Positions 48,848-59,143 of a stretch of DNA of 64,000 nucleotides are shown here, piece after piece. Both the position numbers and the translations under genes were made by a program. The stretch's first letter is position 1. The number at the start of each line of letters is the position of its first letter. The notes below the pieces were generated by a model, which saw only the letters and a list, made by a program, of their open reading frames with translations, ran no database searches and was not told the DNA's origin. Source of the stretch: an uncultured delta proteobacterium. Lineage in GTDB: Bacteria > Myxococcota > Myxococcia > Myxococcales > Myxococcaceae. The stretch is from NCBI GenBank assembly GCA_963776345.1, contig CAVZMH010000014.1, forward strand, positions 32,001 through 96,000, read 5' to 3'.

Positions 48848-51800
48848 ATGTTCGTGAGATTGACTCGTCTGGGAAGGCTCGGGGCGCCTCTGGTCGTGGC
48901 CCTGCTGCTCCCGTCGGTGGTGCTGGCGCAGGGTGCCACCTCGGTGCTCACCGGAAACGTCGTCGATGCCCAGAGCCGCGCCCCGGTCCCCGACGTGGTG
49001 GTGACCGCGACCTCGCCCTCGCTCCAGGGCGAGCAGGTCGTGGTCACCGACAACTCGGGCCTGTACCGGATCCCGCAGCTGCCCCCGGGCACCTACACCC
49101 TCCGCTTCGAGAAGGAGACCTACCGGCCCTTCAGCCGGACCGACCATCGAGGTGGCCGCGGACCGCACCCTCCGCCTGAACGTCGAGCTGCTGCCCGAGG
49201 CGATCCAGGGTGAGGTGATCACCGTGACCGGCGCGGCTCCGGTGGTGGACGTGGGCTCGAGCACGGTGGGCGCCACGCTCAACCAGGACTTCATCCGCAA
49301 CTTCGCCCTGAGCCGCGCGGGAGGCATCGGCGGGGCGGTCCGCTCCTTCGACTCGATCGCCGCCGCCGCGCCCCAGGCCGGGGTGGACCTCTACGGACTC
49401 TCGGTCAGCGGTGCGACCTCGCCGGAGAACTCGTACCTGATCGACGGGCTCTCGGTGAACAACCCCGCCTACGGCGTGCTCGGCACTCTTCTCACCGTCG
49501 AGTTCCTCGACGAGGTGAACGTCATCACCGGCGGCTACATGCCGGAGTACGGCCGGACCACCGGCGGCGCGGTGAGCGGCGTCACCAAGTCGGGCGGCAA
49601 CGAGTTCCACGGCAGCGTGTGGGGCACCTTCACCCCCGGCGCGCTCCAGGGCCGCGCGAACACGGTGACCACCGCCGGCGCGGTGGTTTCCGGCACCCGT
49701 GACCTCTACAACATCGGCGACTTCGGAGCGACGCTCGGCGGCTACATCCTCAAGGACAAGCTCTGGTTCTTCGCCGGCATCCAGCCGAGCTTCACCCGCT
49801 ACTCGTACACCCGGCAGTTCTCCATCGAGAACCCGGGTCAGACGGACGCCCAGGGAAACCAGGCCTACTCGCCCATCGCCAACAGCGACCAGCGGCGGTT
49901 CGCGGACGAGAAGTCCATCCAGTTCATCGGGAAGCTGACCTACCTCATCAACCCGGACCACCGGGTCAGCCTCACGGTCATCGGGACTCCGACCACCGGA
50001 GGCAGCGATGGCGCGTTCTCGGTGCGGGTGCCAGGACTTCTCGCTGCACGCGCGCCGTTCAGCCTCGCCGCCTGGACGGGCGGCACCTTCAACTCCAACC
50101 ACTACCTCACCAACGACACGGCCTACGACGTCAACGCCGAGCTGAACAGCAGCTTCCTGGACAAGAAGCTGCTCCTCGAGGTGCGGCTGGGCTGGCACCA
50201 CCAGATCGACGAGGGCGCCCCGGGTGACGGCAGCGGATTCGACAACATCCACAACCTGAACACCCTGGCCGGCATCCCCTCGCTGGCTCCGCTCTACAAC
50301 AGCAACGTCCTGGACTTCGAGGATCAGGTCCCGGCGAGCGTGCGCGAAGCCTGCGGAACCGGCGATCGCACCACCAAGTGCCAGACCAGCTGGAACCTCT
50401 ACGGCGGCAACAACTTCCTCGAGCGGCAGATCCTGGACTCGTTCCAGGGGAAGGCCACGGTCACCTATCTGCTCACCGCGCTGGGCCACCACGTGATCAA
50501 GGGCGGCGTGGAGGGGAGCATCTCGTACTACGACCACCTGAAGACCTACGGGGGCGGGGCCTGGTACTTCGACTTCGGTCCCGGAGCGGTCGGGGCCGGC
50601 AACTCGCTGGGTGTCCAGGAGGCGCGCCGGTTCGGCTACCTCTCGGACATCGACACGCCGGCGGGGAACGGGCTCCTCACCGCCAAGAGCAAGTCGGTGA
50701 TCATCGGCGGCTTCCTCCAGGACAGCTGGAGCATCCTGGACAAGGTCACGGTGAACGCCGGGGTCCGGTGGGACGGCCAGTACCTCTACGACAAGGATGG
50801 CCTCCTGGGGATGAAGCTCGGCAACGAGTGGTCACCCCGCATCGGTTTCGTCTGGGACCCCACGCAGCAGGGCCGCGCCAAGATCTTCGCCAACTACGGC
50901 CGGTACTACGAGGCGGTGCCGCTGGACATCGCCGACCGCGCGCTCTCCAGCGAGAGTCAGATCATCGCCAACCACGACTGCGATCCCAGGGTGGTGGGGA
51001 CGGCCGGATGTGATGCGGCCACCGCGCTGCGCGGCTCGAACATCACCCGGCCCAACGTGAAGTGGCGGAACGTGTCCGCGGACAAGACGGCCGTGGACCC
51101 CAACCTGCAGCCGACGTCGAACGACGAGATCGTGGCCGGCGGCGAGTACGAGATCTTCGCCAACGCCCGCCTGGGGGTCTCGTACACCTACCGGAACCTG
51201 GTCCGCACCATCGAGGACATGTCGGCGGACAACGGGAACACCTACTTCATCGGCAATCCGGGTGAGGGCGCCGCCGGCTCGTTCCCCAAGGCGACGCGCA
51301 CGTACCACGCGGTCACGGTGCAGTTCACCAAGAACTTCAGCGACCTCTGGCAGGCCCAGGTCAGCTACACCTGGTCGCAGCTGCGCGGGAACTACGACGG
51401 CCTGTTCCGGAGCGAGGACGGCCAGCTCGACCCGAACATCAACTCCACGTTCGATCTCGCGCAGCTCCTGGTGAACCAGGACGGGCCGCTGTCCAGCGAC
51501 ATCACCCACACCATCAAGGTGTACCTGGCGAAGGAGTTCGTGATCAGCCCGGTGCTGAGCTTCTCGCTGGGTCTCACCTATACCGGGGCCTCGGGGCCGC
51601 CCATCAGCTACACCGGGCCGTCGAACGAGAGCGGCTACGGCCCCGGGCAGGTCTACATCCTCCAGCGCGGCGAGGGCGGGCGTCTCCCCTGGGTGAACAG
51701 CATCGACGCCCGGCTGGCGGTGAACTACCGCTTCACCAAGGACAGCGTGGTCTCGCTGGGGGTGGATGGTTTCAACCTCTTCAACTTCCAGAACCCGATC

Positions 51801-52088
51801 CGGGTCGACCAGGAGTACGTGACGCTGCCCTCCCTGACCGGCGGCGGCCGCGACCCTGGCCCGATCATCAACGGCAAGCAGGGCAGCGTGCCTTCGCCGT
51901 ACGGGGTGAACGGGTCCCTGCCTCGCGGCGGGGTCGTTGCCGGGCCGAACGGGCCGGAGCTGAAGACGGTGGTCCTGCCCGATCCGGACCAGCAGCCGCA
52001 GACCTACGCCATCAACCCGAACTGGGGCCGGCCGACGCAGTACCAGGCGGTGCGCAGCTTCCGGTTCACCGCTCGCTTCACGTTCTGA
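48848..52088 (+). CDS. Oar-like TonB-dependent receptor; frameshift near 49144
   Basis: Signal peptide + carboxypeptidase-regulatory-like domain (LPPGTY); ENSYLIDG, TGGYMPEYGRTTGG, SGGNEFHG; ends ARFTF. Removing one C gives FSRTDIEVAADRTLR. Confidence 0.9.
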
Positions 52089-52102
52089 GGACCGACGACA
52101 CC

Positions 52103-52849
52103 ATGACCAAGCCTTCCTTCCTTGTGGTGCCTCTCCTCGTCCTGCTCGCCGCGTGTGGAGGGGACGTCAATCACTCCTGCCTGGTCCAGCGGCCGGGTCT
52201 GGGCGGGTATCTGTTCGTGATGGACCGGACGGGCGCGGTGACCGGCGGCGCGGGGTGCGACGACACCGTCCTCCCCGCCCGGATGGCGGACAACCTCCGC
52301 TTCGACAAGCTCGGCGCCGACCAGCGCGAGGTGGTGTTCCGGGCGCAGTCGCTGATCCCGCTGGACGCGAACGGGGCTCCGGACTTCCCGGCCACGACCG
52401 GTGACGTGGGCCGGGCGCAGATCGGCGAGTCGCCGGACGCGGAGGGCATCTGCGCGGTCCCCAGCTTCACCACGGCGCAGGCCGTCGCGGCGCTGAGCGA
52501 CGGCACCCCACCGAACCCGCCCCGCTCGGTGACGCTGGCCAACACCCGGTTCCTCAGCGCGCCCGAGTACCAGGGCTCGCAGGCCGAGAGCGACGCCACG
52601 TACACCGTGGGCGCGTGCAGCGCGACGTACCACGGGCTCCTGCTCACGCCGATCGCCACGTGCAGCACCGACGCCGACTGCAACCCCTTCGCCGACCCCG
52701 CCAACGGTCGTCCCGCGGGCTCGGGCGTCAACCCGTTCTATCCGGTGAACTGCAACACCGAGGTGGGAGCGCTCTACGGCGAGGATCCGGGGACGGGCAT
52801 CTGCTGGTTCACGGGGACCACCTTCCCCCAGGTCCAGAAGTCGCCGTAG
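52103..52849 (+). CDS. Cys-rich lipoprotein (MlpA-like partner of the Oar-type receptor)
   Basis: Lipobox LAAC; C-terminal CSTDADCNP...GSGVNP...C; immediately follows the receptor. Confidence 0.75.
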   Translation: MTKPSFLVVPLLVLLAACGGDVNHSCLVQRPGLGGYLFVMDRTGAVTGGAGCDDTVLPARMADNLRFDKLGADQREVVFRAQSLIPLDANGAPDFPATTGDVGRAQIGESPDAEGICAVPSFTTAQAVAALSDGTPPNPPRSVTLANTRFLSAPEYQGSQAESDATYTVGACSATYHGLLLTPIATCSTDADCNPFADPANGRPAGSGVNPFYPVNCNTEVGALYGEDPGTGICWFTGTTFPQVQKSP

Positions 52850-52878
52850 GTCCCGCGAGCTCGACGCCGAGGCCCTCC

Positions 52879-53188
52879 CCCGGGGAGGTGCCGGGGGCGG
52901 TGCCCTCGACGGAGGTGCTCGACGGAGGTGCTGCTCGACGGAGGTGCTGCTCGACGGAGGTGCCAAACACCTCGTGACCACCTCGTGACCACCCGGAGGG
53001 GGGAGGGGTGGTGCCGCCCGAGAGGTGCCAAGCACCTCGTTACCCGCCCGAGAGGTGCCAAGCACCTCGTTACCGGCGCCGCTCGCCCGAGCCCGGGGAG
53101 GTGCCCCGGGGAGGTGCCAAACACCTCGTTACCTCCCCCGAGGGGGCCGCCTGGGAGGTGCCAGACACCTCGTGACCACCTCGTGACC
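52879..53188 (-). repeat. REP array: 5 full copies plus partial repeats
   Basis: GAGGTGCCA(AA/AG/GA)CACCTCGT(T/G)ACC at 52957, 53022, 53052, 53111, 53155; CTCGACGGAGGTG x4 at 52905-52962. Confidence 0.92.
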
Positions 53189-53262
53189 GGCCCCGTGGCT
53201 CGCCCGCGACCCCCCAGGTGGGCGCCGGGGCGGTGCTCTGTGCTACGAGCGGCCGGTCCAGG

Positions 53263-53991
53263 ATGATCGAGGCCCGCGGTCTCTCCAAGCGCTACGGCGA
53301 GGTGGTGGCGGCCTCCGGGGTGAGCTTCACCGTGGGCCGTGGCGAGGTCGTCGGCCTGCTCGGACCGAACGGCGCGGGCAAGACGACGGTGCTCCGGATG
53401 CTGGCCGGCGTGCTCACCCCGACCGCGGGCGAGGTGCGCATCGCCGGCCACGGGACCGAGGGCGAGGCCTTCGAGCTCAAGCGCGCGCTCGGGTTCCTCA
53501 CCGGCGACACCGCGCTGTACCAGCGGCTCACGCCGCGCGAGGTGCTCCGGTACTTCGGGCGGCTGCACGAGATCCCCGAGCGCCTGCTCGACTCCCGGGT
53601 CGAGACGCTGGTCGCGCGGTTCCGGCTCACCGAGTTCGCGGACCGCCTGTGCGGCAAGCTCTCCTCCGGTCAGAAGCAGCGGGCCAACATCGCGCGCGCC
53701 TTCGTCCACGACCCGCCGGCGCTCATCCTCGACGAGCCCACCACCGCGCTCGACGTGGTGACCGGCCGCTTTCTGCTCGAGGCGTTCCGCGAGGCCCGCG
53801 CGGCGGGGAAGGCCATCCTCTTCAGCACCCACGTGCTCGGCGACGCCGAGGCGCTCTGCGACCGGGTGGTGCTGCTCCACCGGGGCCAGGTGCTGGACCA
53901 GGGCACGGTGGAGGAGGTCTGCGCGCGCGCCGGCGCCCGCTCCCTGACCGACGCCTTCCTGGCCCGCGTGGGCGACGAGGTCGCCGCGTGA
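53263..53991 (+). CDS. natA: ABC transporter ATP-binding protein, NatA-like
   Basis: GPNGAGKTT, LSSGQKQR, ILDEPT, FSTH. Confidence 0.9.
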   Translation: MIEARGLSKRYGEVVAASGVSFTVGRGEVVGLLGPNGAGKTTVLRMLAGVLTPTAGEVRIAGHGTEGEAFELKRALGFLTGDTALYQRLTPREVLRYFGRLHEIPERLLDSRVETLVARFRLTEFADRLCGKLSSGQKQRANIARAFVHDPPALILDEPTTALDVVTGRFLLEAFREARAAGKAILFSTHVLGDAEALCDRVVLLHRGQVLDQGTVEEVCARAGARSLTDAFLARVGDEVAA

Positions 53992-56006
53992 GGCCGGGCA
54001 TCGTCTTCCACATCTTCCGCAAGGACCTGGTGGAGACGCTCCGCGACCGCCGCACGGTGGTGATGGCCTTCGTCGTGCCGGCCCTGCTGTACCCCCTGCT
54101 CTTCACGCTGCTCGGCTCGGTGGCCACCGACAAGCGCGGGGAGCTCGAGCGAACGCGCGCCCGGGTGGCGGCGTGGGGACCGGTGCCCGGGGCGGTGCTC
54201 GAGGCGGTGAAGCGCGAGGCCCGGGCCGAGGTCGTGGATCGCCGCGAGGTGCCACCGGCCGAGGCCGAGGCGGAGGCGCGGCGGCTCGTCGCGGCCAAGA
54301 CGGTGCACGTGGTCCTGCTCACGCCGGCCGGTGCCGCCGGGCCGAGCATCCCCATCCGGGTGCTGGCCGACTCGACCAACGTGGACTCGGACGCGATGGA
54401 GCGGCGGGTCTCCCGCGCGCTCCAGGACGCGGGAGCGGCGCTGCTGCGCGAGCGGATGACCGCGCTCGGCCAGGACCCGGCCGCCGCGAAGCCGCTCGAC
54501 CTCCGGGAGGAGGATCTGGCCGACGCCGCCCGGCGGGGCGCCAGCTTCGCCGCCGCGCTCCTGCCCTATCTGTTGCTGGTCCTGGTGGCGACCTCGGGGT
54601 TCTACGCCGCGCTCGACCTCACCGCCGGCGAGAAGGAGCGGGGCACGCTGCAGACGCTGCTCACCGCACCGGTGCGCTCGGTGGAGATCGTCGCCGGGAA
54701 GTACCTGGCGGTGCTCGCGCTCACCCTCGCCGCGACGGTGTGCAACCTCGGGTCGATCGCCCTGGCGCTGGCCCGCGGGACGGCGGCGCTGGAGGCCGGG
54801 GCGCGCTTCTCGCTCGGGCTGGCGAGCGCGGGAGCGATCTTCCTCACCGTGCTGCCGGCGGCGCTGCTCATCGTCGCGCTCCTGATGGCCGTCGGCGTCC
54901 TGGCCCGGAGCTACCGCGAGGGGCAGAGCTACCTGATGCCCCTCCTGCTCCTGGTGATGCTGGCGGGGTTCGCGAGCTTCCTCCCCGGAGCCGAGCTCAC
55001 GGCGGGCACCGCGCTGGTCCCGCTCCTCAACGTGACGCTCCTGGTGCACGACCTCCTGCTGGGGAAGGCCGGGGCATCCCTGGTGATGGTCGTCTGGGCG
55101 GTGAGCCTGGCCTGGGCGGCGCTCGGCATCCTGCTCGCGGCCCGGGTGTTCCAGACCGAGCAGGTGCTCCTGTCGGGCGAGAAGCCGTGGCGCGACGTGT
55201 TCTCGCCCGGAGTCCGGTCGGGGCGAGGCCTCACGCCCGGAAACGCCGTGCTCTTCGCCGCGGTGCTGCTGGTGCTCACCTTCTACGGCTCGGCGCTCTT
55301 CGAGCGGCGGGCCGGGGTGACCGCGCTGATCCTCGGGTCGCAGCTCGGCTTCTTCCTCGTGCCCTCGCTGCTCTGGTGCCGGCTGTTCCGTGCGCCGCTC
55401 GCCGAGACCCTGCAGCTCCGCTGGCCCACCGCGCGGGGATGGCTGGCCACTGTGCTGCTCGCGGCGGGAGGGTGGAGCGTGGGCGCGGTGGTCTGGGAGC
55501 AGCTCCTGCGCTTCCCCGGGGCGCGGGCCTATTCGGACTGGCTCGGCGAGCTGCTCGGGAAGCAGGGACAGCTCGGGGTCGGCGCGGCGCTGCTGCTGGT
55601 CGGGCTGCTCCCGGCGGTGGCCGAGGAGGTCACCTTCCGCGGCGTGGTGCTGGCGGGGCTCAGGCGCAGCGGCTCGCGGTGGATCGCGGTGGTGGGGAGC
55701 GCGCTGGTGTTCGGCCTGTTCCACATCAACCCGTACCACGTGGCCGCGGCGTCGGTGGTCGGGCTGCTCCTCGCCTGGGTGGCGCTGGAGAGCGGGAGCA
55801 TCGTCCCCGGCATGTTGATCCACCTGGTCAACAACGGCGCGCAGGTGCTGCTCGACCGCGTGCCGGACGTGGCCGCCCAGCTGCGGTCGCCGCTGGTGGT
55901 GGCTCTCGCGCTCGGGAGCACCGCGCTCGGAGCGTCGCTGGTGCGCGGCAGCAGGCGACGGACGCCCGGGCCGGCGCAGGCCTCCCCGTCGCTCGGGCCC
56001 GCCTAG
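53988..56006 (+). CDS. natB: NatB-like ABC permease fused to a CPBP protease domain
   Basis: KDLVETLRDRRT, AGEKERGTLQTLL; C-terminal EEVTFRG, FGLFH, IHLVNN. Confidence 0.85.
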   Translation: MRPGIVFHIFRKDLVETLRDRRTVVMAFVVPALLYPLLFTLLGSVATDKRGELERTRARVAAWGPVPGAVLEAVKREARAEVVDRREVPPAEAEAEARRLVAAKTVHVVLLTPAGAAGPSIPIRVLADSTNVDSDAMERRVSRALQDAGAALLRERMTALGQDPAAAKPLDLREEDLADAARRGASFAAALLPYLLLVLVATSGFYAALDLTAGEKERGTLQTLLTAPVRSVEIVAGKYLAVLALTLAATVCNLGSIALALARGTAALEAGARFSLGLASAGAIFLTVLPAALLIVALLMAVGVLARSYREGQSYLMPLLLLVMLAGFASFLPGAELTAGTALVPLLNVTLLVHDLLLGKAGASLVMVVWAVSLAWAALGILLAARVFQTEQVLLSGEKPWRDVFSPGVRSGRGLTPGNAVLFAAVLLVLTFYGSALFERRAGVTALILGSQLGFFLVPSLLWCRLFRAPLAETLQLRWPTARGWLATVLLAAGGWSVGAVVWEQLLRFPGARAYSDWLGELLGKQGQLGVGAALLLVGLLPAVAEEVTFRGVVLAGLRRSGSRWIAVVGSALVFGLFHINPYHVAAASVVGLLLAWVALESGSIVPGMLIHLVNNGAQVLLDRVPDVAAQLRSPLVVALALGSTALGASLVRGSRRRTPGPAQASPSLGPA

Positions 56007-57526
56007 AAGGTGAAGCGCGCGGCGAGCCCGCCGCCGCCCGGGCCGAAGACCGGGGTGACCTGGACCCGCGGCTCGGCGGCGGCGGACGAGAGCCGCTTGG
56101 AGAGGTTGCGGTTGTACCCGTCCGCGAGCCGGGCGGTCTCCTCGGGCGTGGTCACCATGTCCGGGGTGAGGGCGGCGATGGTGAGGAGCAGCCCCCCGAC
56201 CAGGACGCCGCCGCCGATGAGCATGGCGCCGTAGAGGCTGGTCTGCGCCGAGCGGTCCACGCACTTGTTGTAGCTGACCGTGCCCTGGGCGAAGCAGGCG
56301 GGGTCGTTCAGCGACTGCGCGTTGGTGCTCACGTAGATGCCGGACGCGACACCGGCGGCGAAGGTGAGGAACGAGAACCCGTAGAGGATGCCTCGCTCGC
56401 CCTTGCGCGCCTCGGAGGCCGTGGCGAGGTCGCCCCGGCCCACCATCCGGTAGAACTCCCCCGCCGAGAGCTGCTTCCCGCCGTGCAGGGTGAAGACGTC
56501 CGTCTGGTGGGGGCGGACGCGGAGCATGTCGCGGTAGTAGATCTCGCGCGCCAGGCCGGGTGGCGGCAGCTCATCCTCCACCGGCTTGCCGGGCTGCGCC
56601 TGGACCGAGTTCGTTCCGGGCGCGGGCGCCGGAGCGGCGGACGGGGCCTGCTGCACCGGGACGGCGCCGGGCGGGAGGAGAGGCTTCGCCGGGGCGCTCT
56701 GGGCGGGCGGGGCAGCCGGAGCGGTCAGCTGCTGCGCGGGTGCGGCCTGAGGTGCCGGCGCCACGAGCGGAGCGGCCACGGCGGCTCCGGCGGCGGGCGC
56801 GGAGTACTGCTGCGGGGGAGGCGCAGCGTACTGCTGAGGGGGCGCCGCGACTTGCTGCGGCGGTGGGGCGGCATACTGCTGCGCGGGTGCGGCCTGGGGC
56901 GCGGGCGCCGAGTACTGCGGCGGCGCGGCGTACTGCTGCACCGGTGCGCTCTGCGGTGGGGGCGCCACGAGCGGAGCGGCCACGGCGGCTCCGGCGGCGG
57001 GGGCGATACTGCTGCGGGGGAGGCGCGGCGTACTGCTGAGGGGGCGCCGCGACCTGCTGCGGCGGTGGGGCGGCATACTGCTGCGCGGGGGCGGCCTGGG
57101 GAGGGGGCGCGGCGTACTGCTGCGGGGGAGGTGCGGCGTATTGCTGCGCGGGAGGTGCGGCGTACTGCTGCGGGCGCGACCTGTGGCGGCGGCGCGACCG
57201 TTGCTGCGGCGGGGCGTACTGCGCCGGCGCGCATACTGCTGCGGGGGCGGTGCGGCGACCTGCTGCGGAGGCGCGGCCTGGGGAGCGGGCGCGGCGTACT
57301 GCTGCGGGGGCGGCGCGGCATACTGCTGCGGCGGCGCGACCTGTTGCTGCGGTGGGGCGTACTGCGCCGGCGCATACTGCTGCGGGGGCGCGGCCTGAGG
57401 CGGCGGCGCGACCTGTTGCTGCGGTGGGCCGTACTGCGCCGGCGGATATTGCTGCGCGGGCGCGGCCTGGGCCAGCGCCAGAGCGGGAAACAGCACACCC
57501 ATCACACAACCGAGCCGACCCAGCAT
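56003..57526 (-). CDS. Secreted/membrane protein with QQYAAPPP repeats; compensating frameshifts around 57000-57230
   Basis: GGAGG SD; signal ...ALALA; repeats continue in an alternative frame; C-terminal TMs; ends ARFTF. Confidence 0.7.
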   Translation of the reverse strand: MLGRLGCVMGVLFPALALAQAAPAQQYPPAQYGPPQQQVAPPPQAAPPQQYAPAQYAPPQQQVAPPQQYAAPPPQQYAAPAPQAAPPQQVAAPPPQQYARRRSTPRRSNGRAAATGRARSSTPHLPRSNTPHLPRSSTPRPLPRPPPRSSMPPHRRSRSRRPLSSTPRLPRSSIAPAAGAAVAAPLVAPPPQSAPVQQYAAPPQYSAPAPQAAPAQQYAAPPPQQVAAPPQQYAAPPPQQYSAPAAGAAVAAPLVAPAPQAAPAQQLTAPAAPPAQSAPAKPLLPPGAVPVQQAPSAAPAPAPGTNSVQAQPGKPVEDELPPPGLAREIYYRDMLRVRPHQTDVFTLHGGKQLSAGEFYRMVGRGDLATASEARKGERGILYGFSFLTFAAGVASGIYVSTNAQSLNDPACFAQGTVSYNKCVDRSAQTSLYGAMLIGGGVLVGGLLLTIAALTPDMVTTPEETARLADGYNRNLSKRLSSAAAEPRVQVTPVFGPGGGGLAARFTF

Positions 57527-57747
57527 CGTCGCCTCCACGCGAGCGGCGCTCCCCTCGTGCCGCCTCGGGACGCCCCCAGGGGTCCCCCATCATCGTCAGG
57601 CGGGCACTTCTTCTCCAGCCTGCCGTCACCGGCTGGACGCCAACCCGGCAAGAGATCCGACACTCGTGGGGAGGATTCGTTGCAGCCGGGAGGCGTCGTT
57701 CGAGTCGCCGCGCGTCCGGCGGGTGACGGATGGGGGGAACGGCCCGG

Positions 57748-58500
57748 TCATCCGACCTGGATGCGCCCGGCCTCCGCGTCGAGGCGGGCCTTCTCGGCGA
57801 TGATCAGCCCCCGGACGTGCTCGCGGAAGGCCGCCACGTCCCCACCGAAGGGAGCTGGATCCACGGGAGGGAGGACCCGGACCCGGCACCGCGCCGTCCC
57901 GCGCATCACCCAGCCGTGCTTGGGGAGCAAGTCGCCGGTTCCGCTCAGGGCGATGGGAATGAGTGGCACCTGCCGCTCGATGGCCATCCGGAAGGCCCCG
58001 TCCTTGAACGCCTTCACCTCCCCGTCGGGGGAGCGGGTCCCCTCCGGGAAGAGGAGCACCGGGACTCCCCGCGCGAGCCAGGCCTCACAGGCACGCACCA
58101 TGGTGGCGATGCTGTCCCGGTCCCCGCGGACCAGGGGGACGTACCGGTTGAGCCGCATGTTCCAGCCGATGAACGGGATGCGGAAGTTGCTCGCCTTGGA
58201 CACCCACTTGAAGGGGCGCCAGAGCCCGAAGAGCACCAGGATGTCCGCGAGCGAGGCGTGGTTGGAGACGAGCACCGCGGCGCCACGCCATGGCAGGTGT
58301 TCGCGCCCCTCGACGCGGAGCCGCCAGAACGGGTTGCTCCAGAAGAAGAGCTGCGCCCAGAAGCACGAGTACAGGTGGAGGAGGCGCCCGTTCCGGTCCA
58401 CCGGCAGTGTGACCAGCCACACCACCAGCGCCCCGAGGAAGAGCGGGACGCAGCCCAGCGCGAGGTAGGCCCAGAACAGCGCGGAGAAGACGGCACGCAT
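57748..58500 (-). CDS. PlsC-like acyltransferase
   Basis: NHASLAD, WVSK, FPEGTRS. Confidence 0.9.
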   Translation of the reverse strand: MRAVFSALFWAYLALGCVPLFLGALVVWLVTLPVDRNGRLLHLYSCFWAQLFFWSNPFWRLRVEGREHLPWRGAAVLVSNHASLADILVLFGLWRPFKWVSKASNFRIPFIGWNMRLNRYVPLVRGDRDSIATMVRACEAWLARGVPVLLFPEGTRSPDGEVKAFKDGAFRMAIERQVPLIPIALSGTGDLLPKHGWVMRGTARCRVRVLPPVDPAPFGGDVAAFREHVRGLIIAEKARLDAEAGRIQVG

Positions 58501-58668
58501 CGCAGGCGGCGGTCAGATCTCCCGGGGAGGGAACCCGCGCCGGAGGAGCGCCGGGGCGGTGGCCATGGCGAGCGACCCTAGCACTCCGGCGCCCGCGCCG
58601 GCGCTGCAGGCGCTCGACGAGGCGGAGGATGGGCCGGCAGGATGGGTGCCCCCGAGCGGGAGGGCCAC

Positions 58669-58956
58669 ATGAACTTCCTGGTCATCGCCCACGACTTTCG
58701 CGACCCGGAGGCGCCGGCGCGGCGCCTCCAGCACCGGCCGGCGCACATCGAGGGCGTGAAGCGGATGAAGGCGGAGGGAACCTTCCTCGACGGTGGGGCG
58801 ATGCTGGACAACGAGGGCCGGATGGTTGGCTCGATGGTCCTGGTGGACTTCCCCTCCCGCACCGAGGTCGACGCCTGGCTCGCCGTCGACCCGTACGTCA
58901 CGGGCCAGGTCTGGGAACACATCGCGGTCCGGCCCTTCCGGCGGGTGCAGCTCTAG
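58669..58956 (+). CDS. YciI family protein
   Basis: RLQHRPAH, GGAML, GSMVL, DPY...GQVW. Confidence 0.9.
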   Translation: MNFLVIAHDFRDPEAPARRLQHRPAHIEGVKRMKAEGTFLDGGAMLDNEGRMVGSMVLVDFPSRTEVDAWLAVDPYVTGQVWEHIAVRPFRRVQL

Positions 58957-58967
58957 GCGACCTCGCA

Positions 58968-59101
58968 GGTCACGAGGTGCAGGTAACGAGGGGTAACGAG
59001 GTGCTTGGCACCCCGGTAACGAGGTGCTTGGCACCCTAGGTAACGAGGTGCTTGGTAACGAGGTGCTTGGCACCTCTGGTAACGAGGTGTTTGGCACCTC
59101 G
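58968..59101 (+). repeat. REP direct tandem array (7 full or partial units)
   Basis: GGT(A/C)ACGAGG starts at 58968, 58982, 58992, 59015, 59039, 59054, 59078. Confidence 0.95.
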
Positions 59102-59143
59102 GGTCTTGACGCGGACTGCACCGGCGTTCAGGAATGCGGGCCC

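Noticed and set aside
52879..53188. CRISPR mini-array
   Set aside because: Spacer lengths are irregular, the repeat is dispersed across the window and flanks a HUH transposase, and there are no cas genes.
54173..58468. 1431-aa ORF and the many other long Arg/Pro/Gly-rich ORFs in the track
   Set aside because: Stop-poor alternative frames typical of very high GC DNA; they overlap motif-supported genes.
59024..59143. N-terminal extension of Lhr (MLGTLGNEVLGNEV...)
   Set aside because: Translation of the intergenic REP array; the plausible start is ATG 59144.
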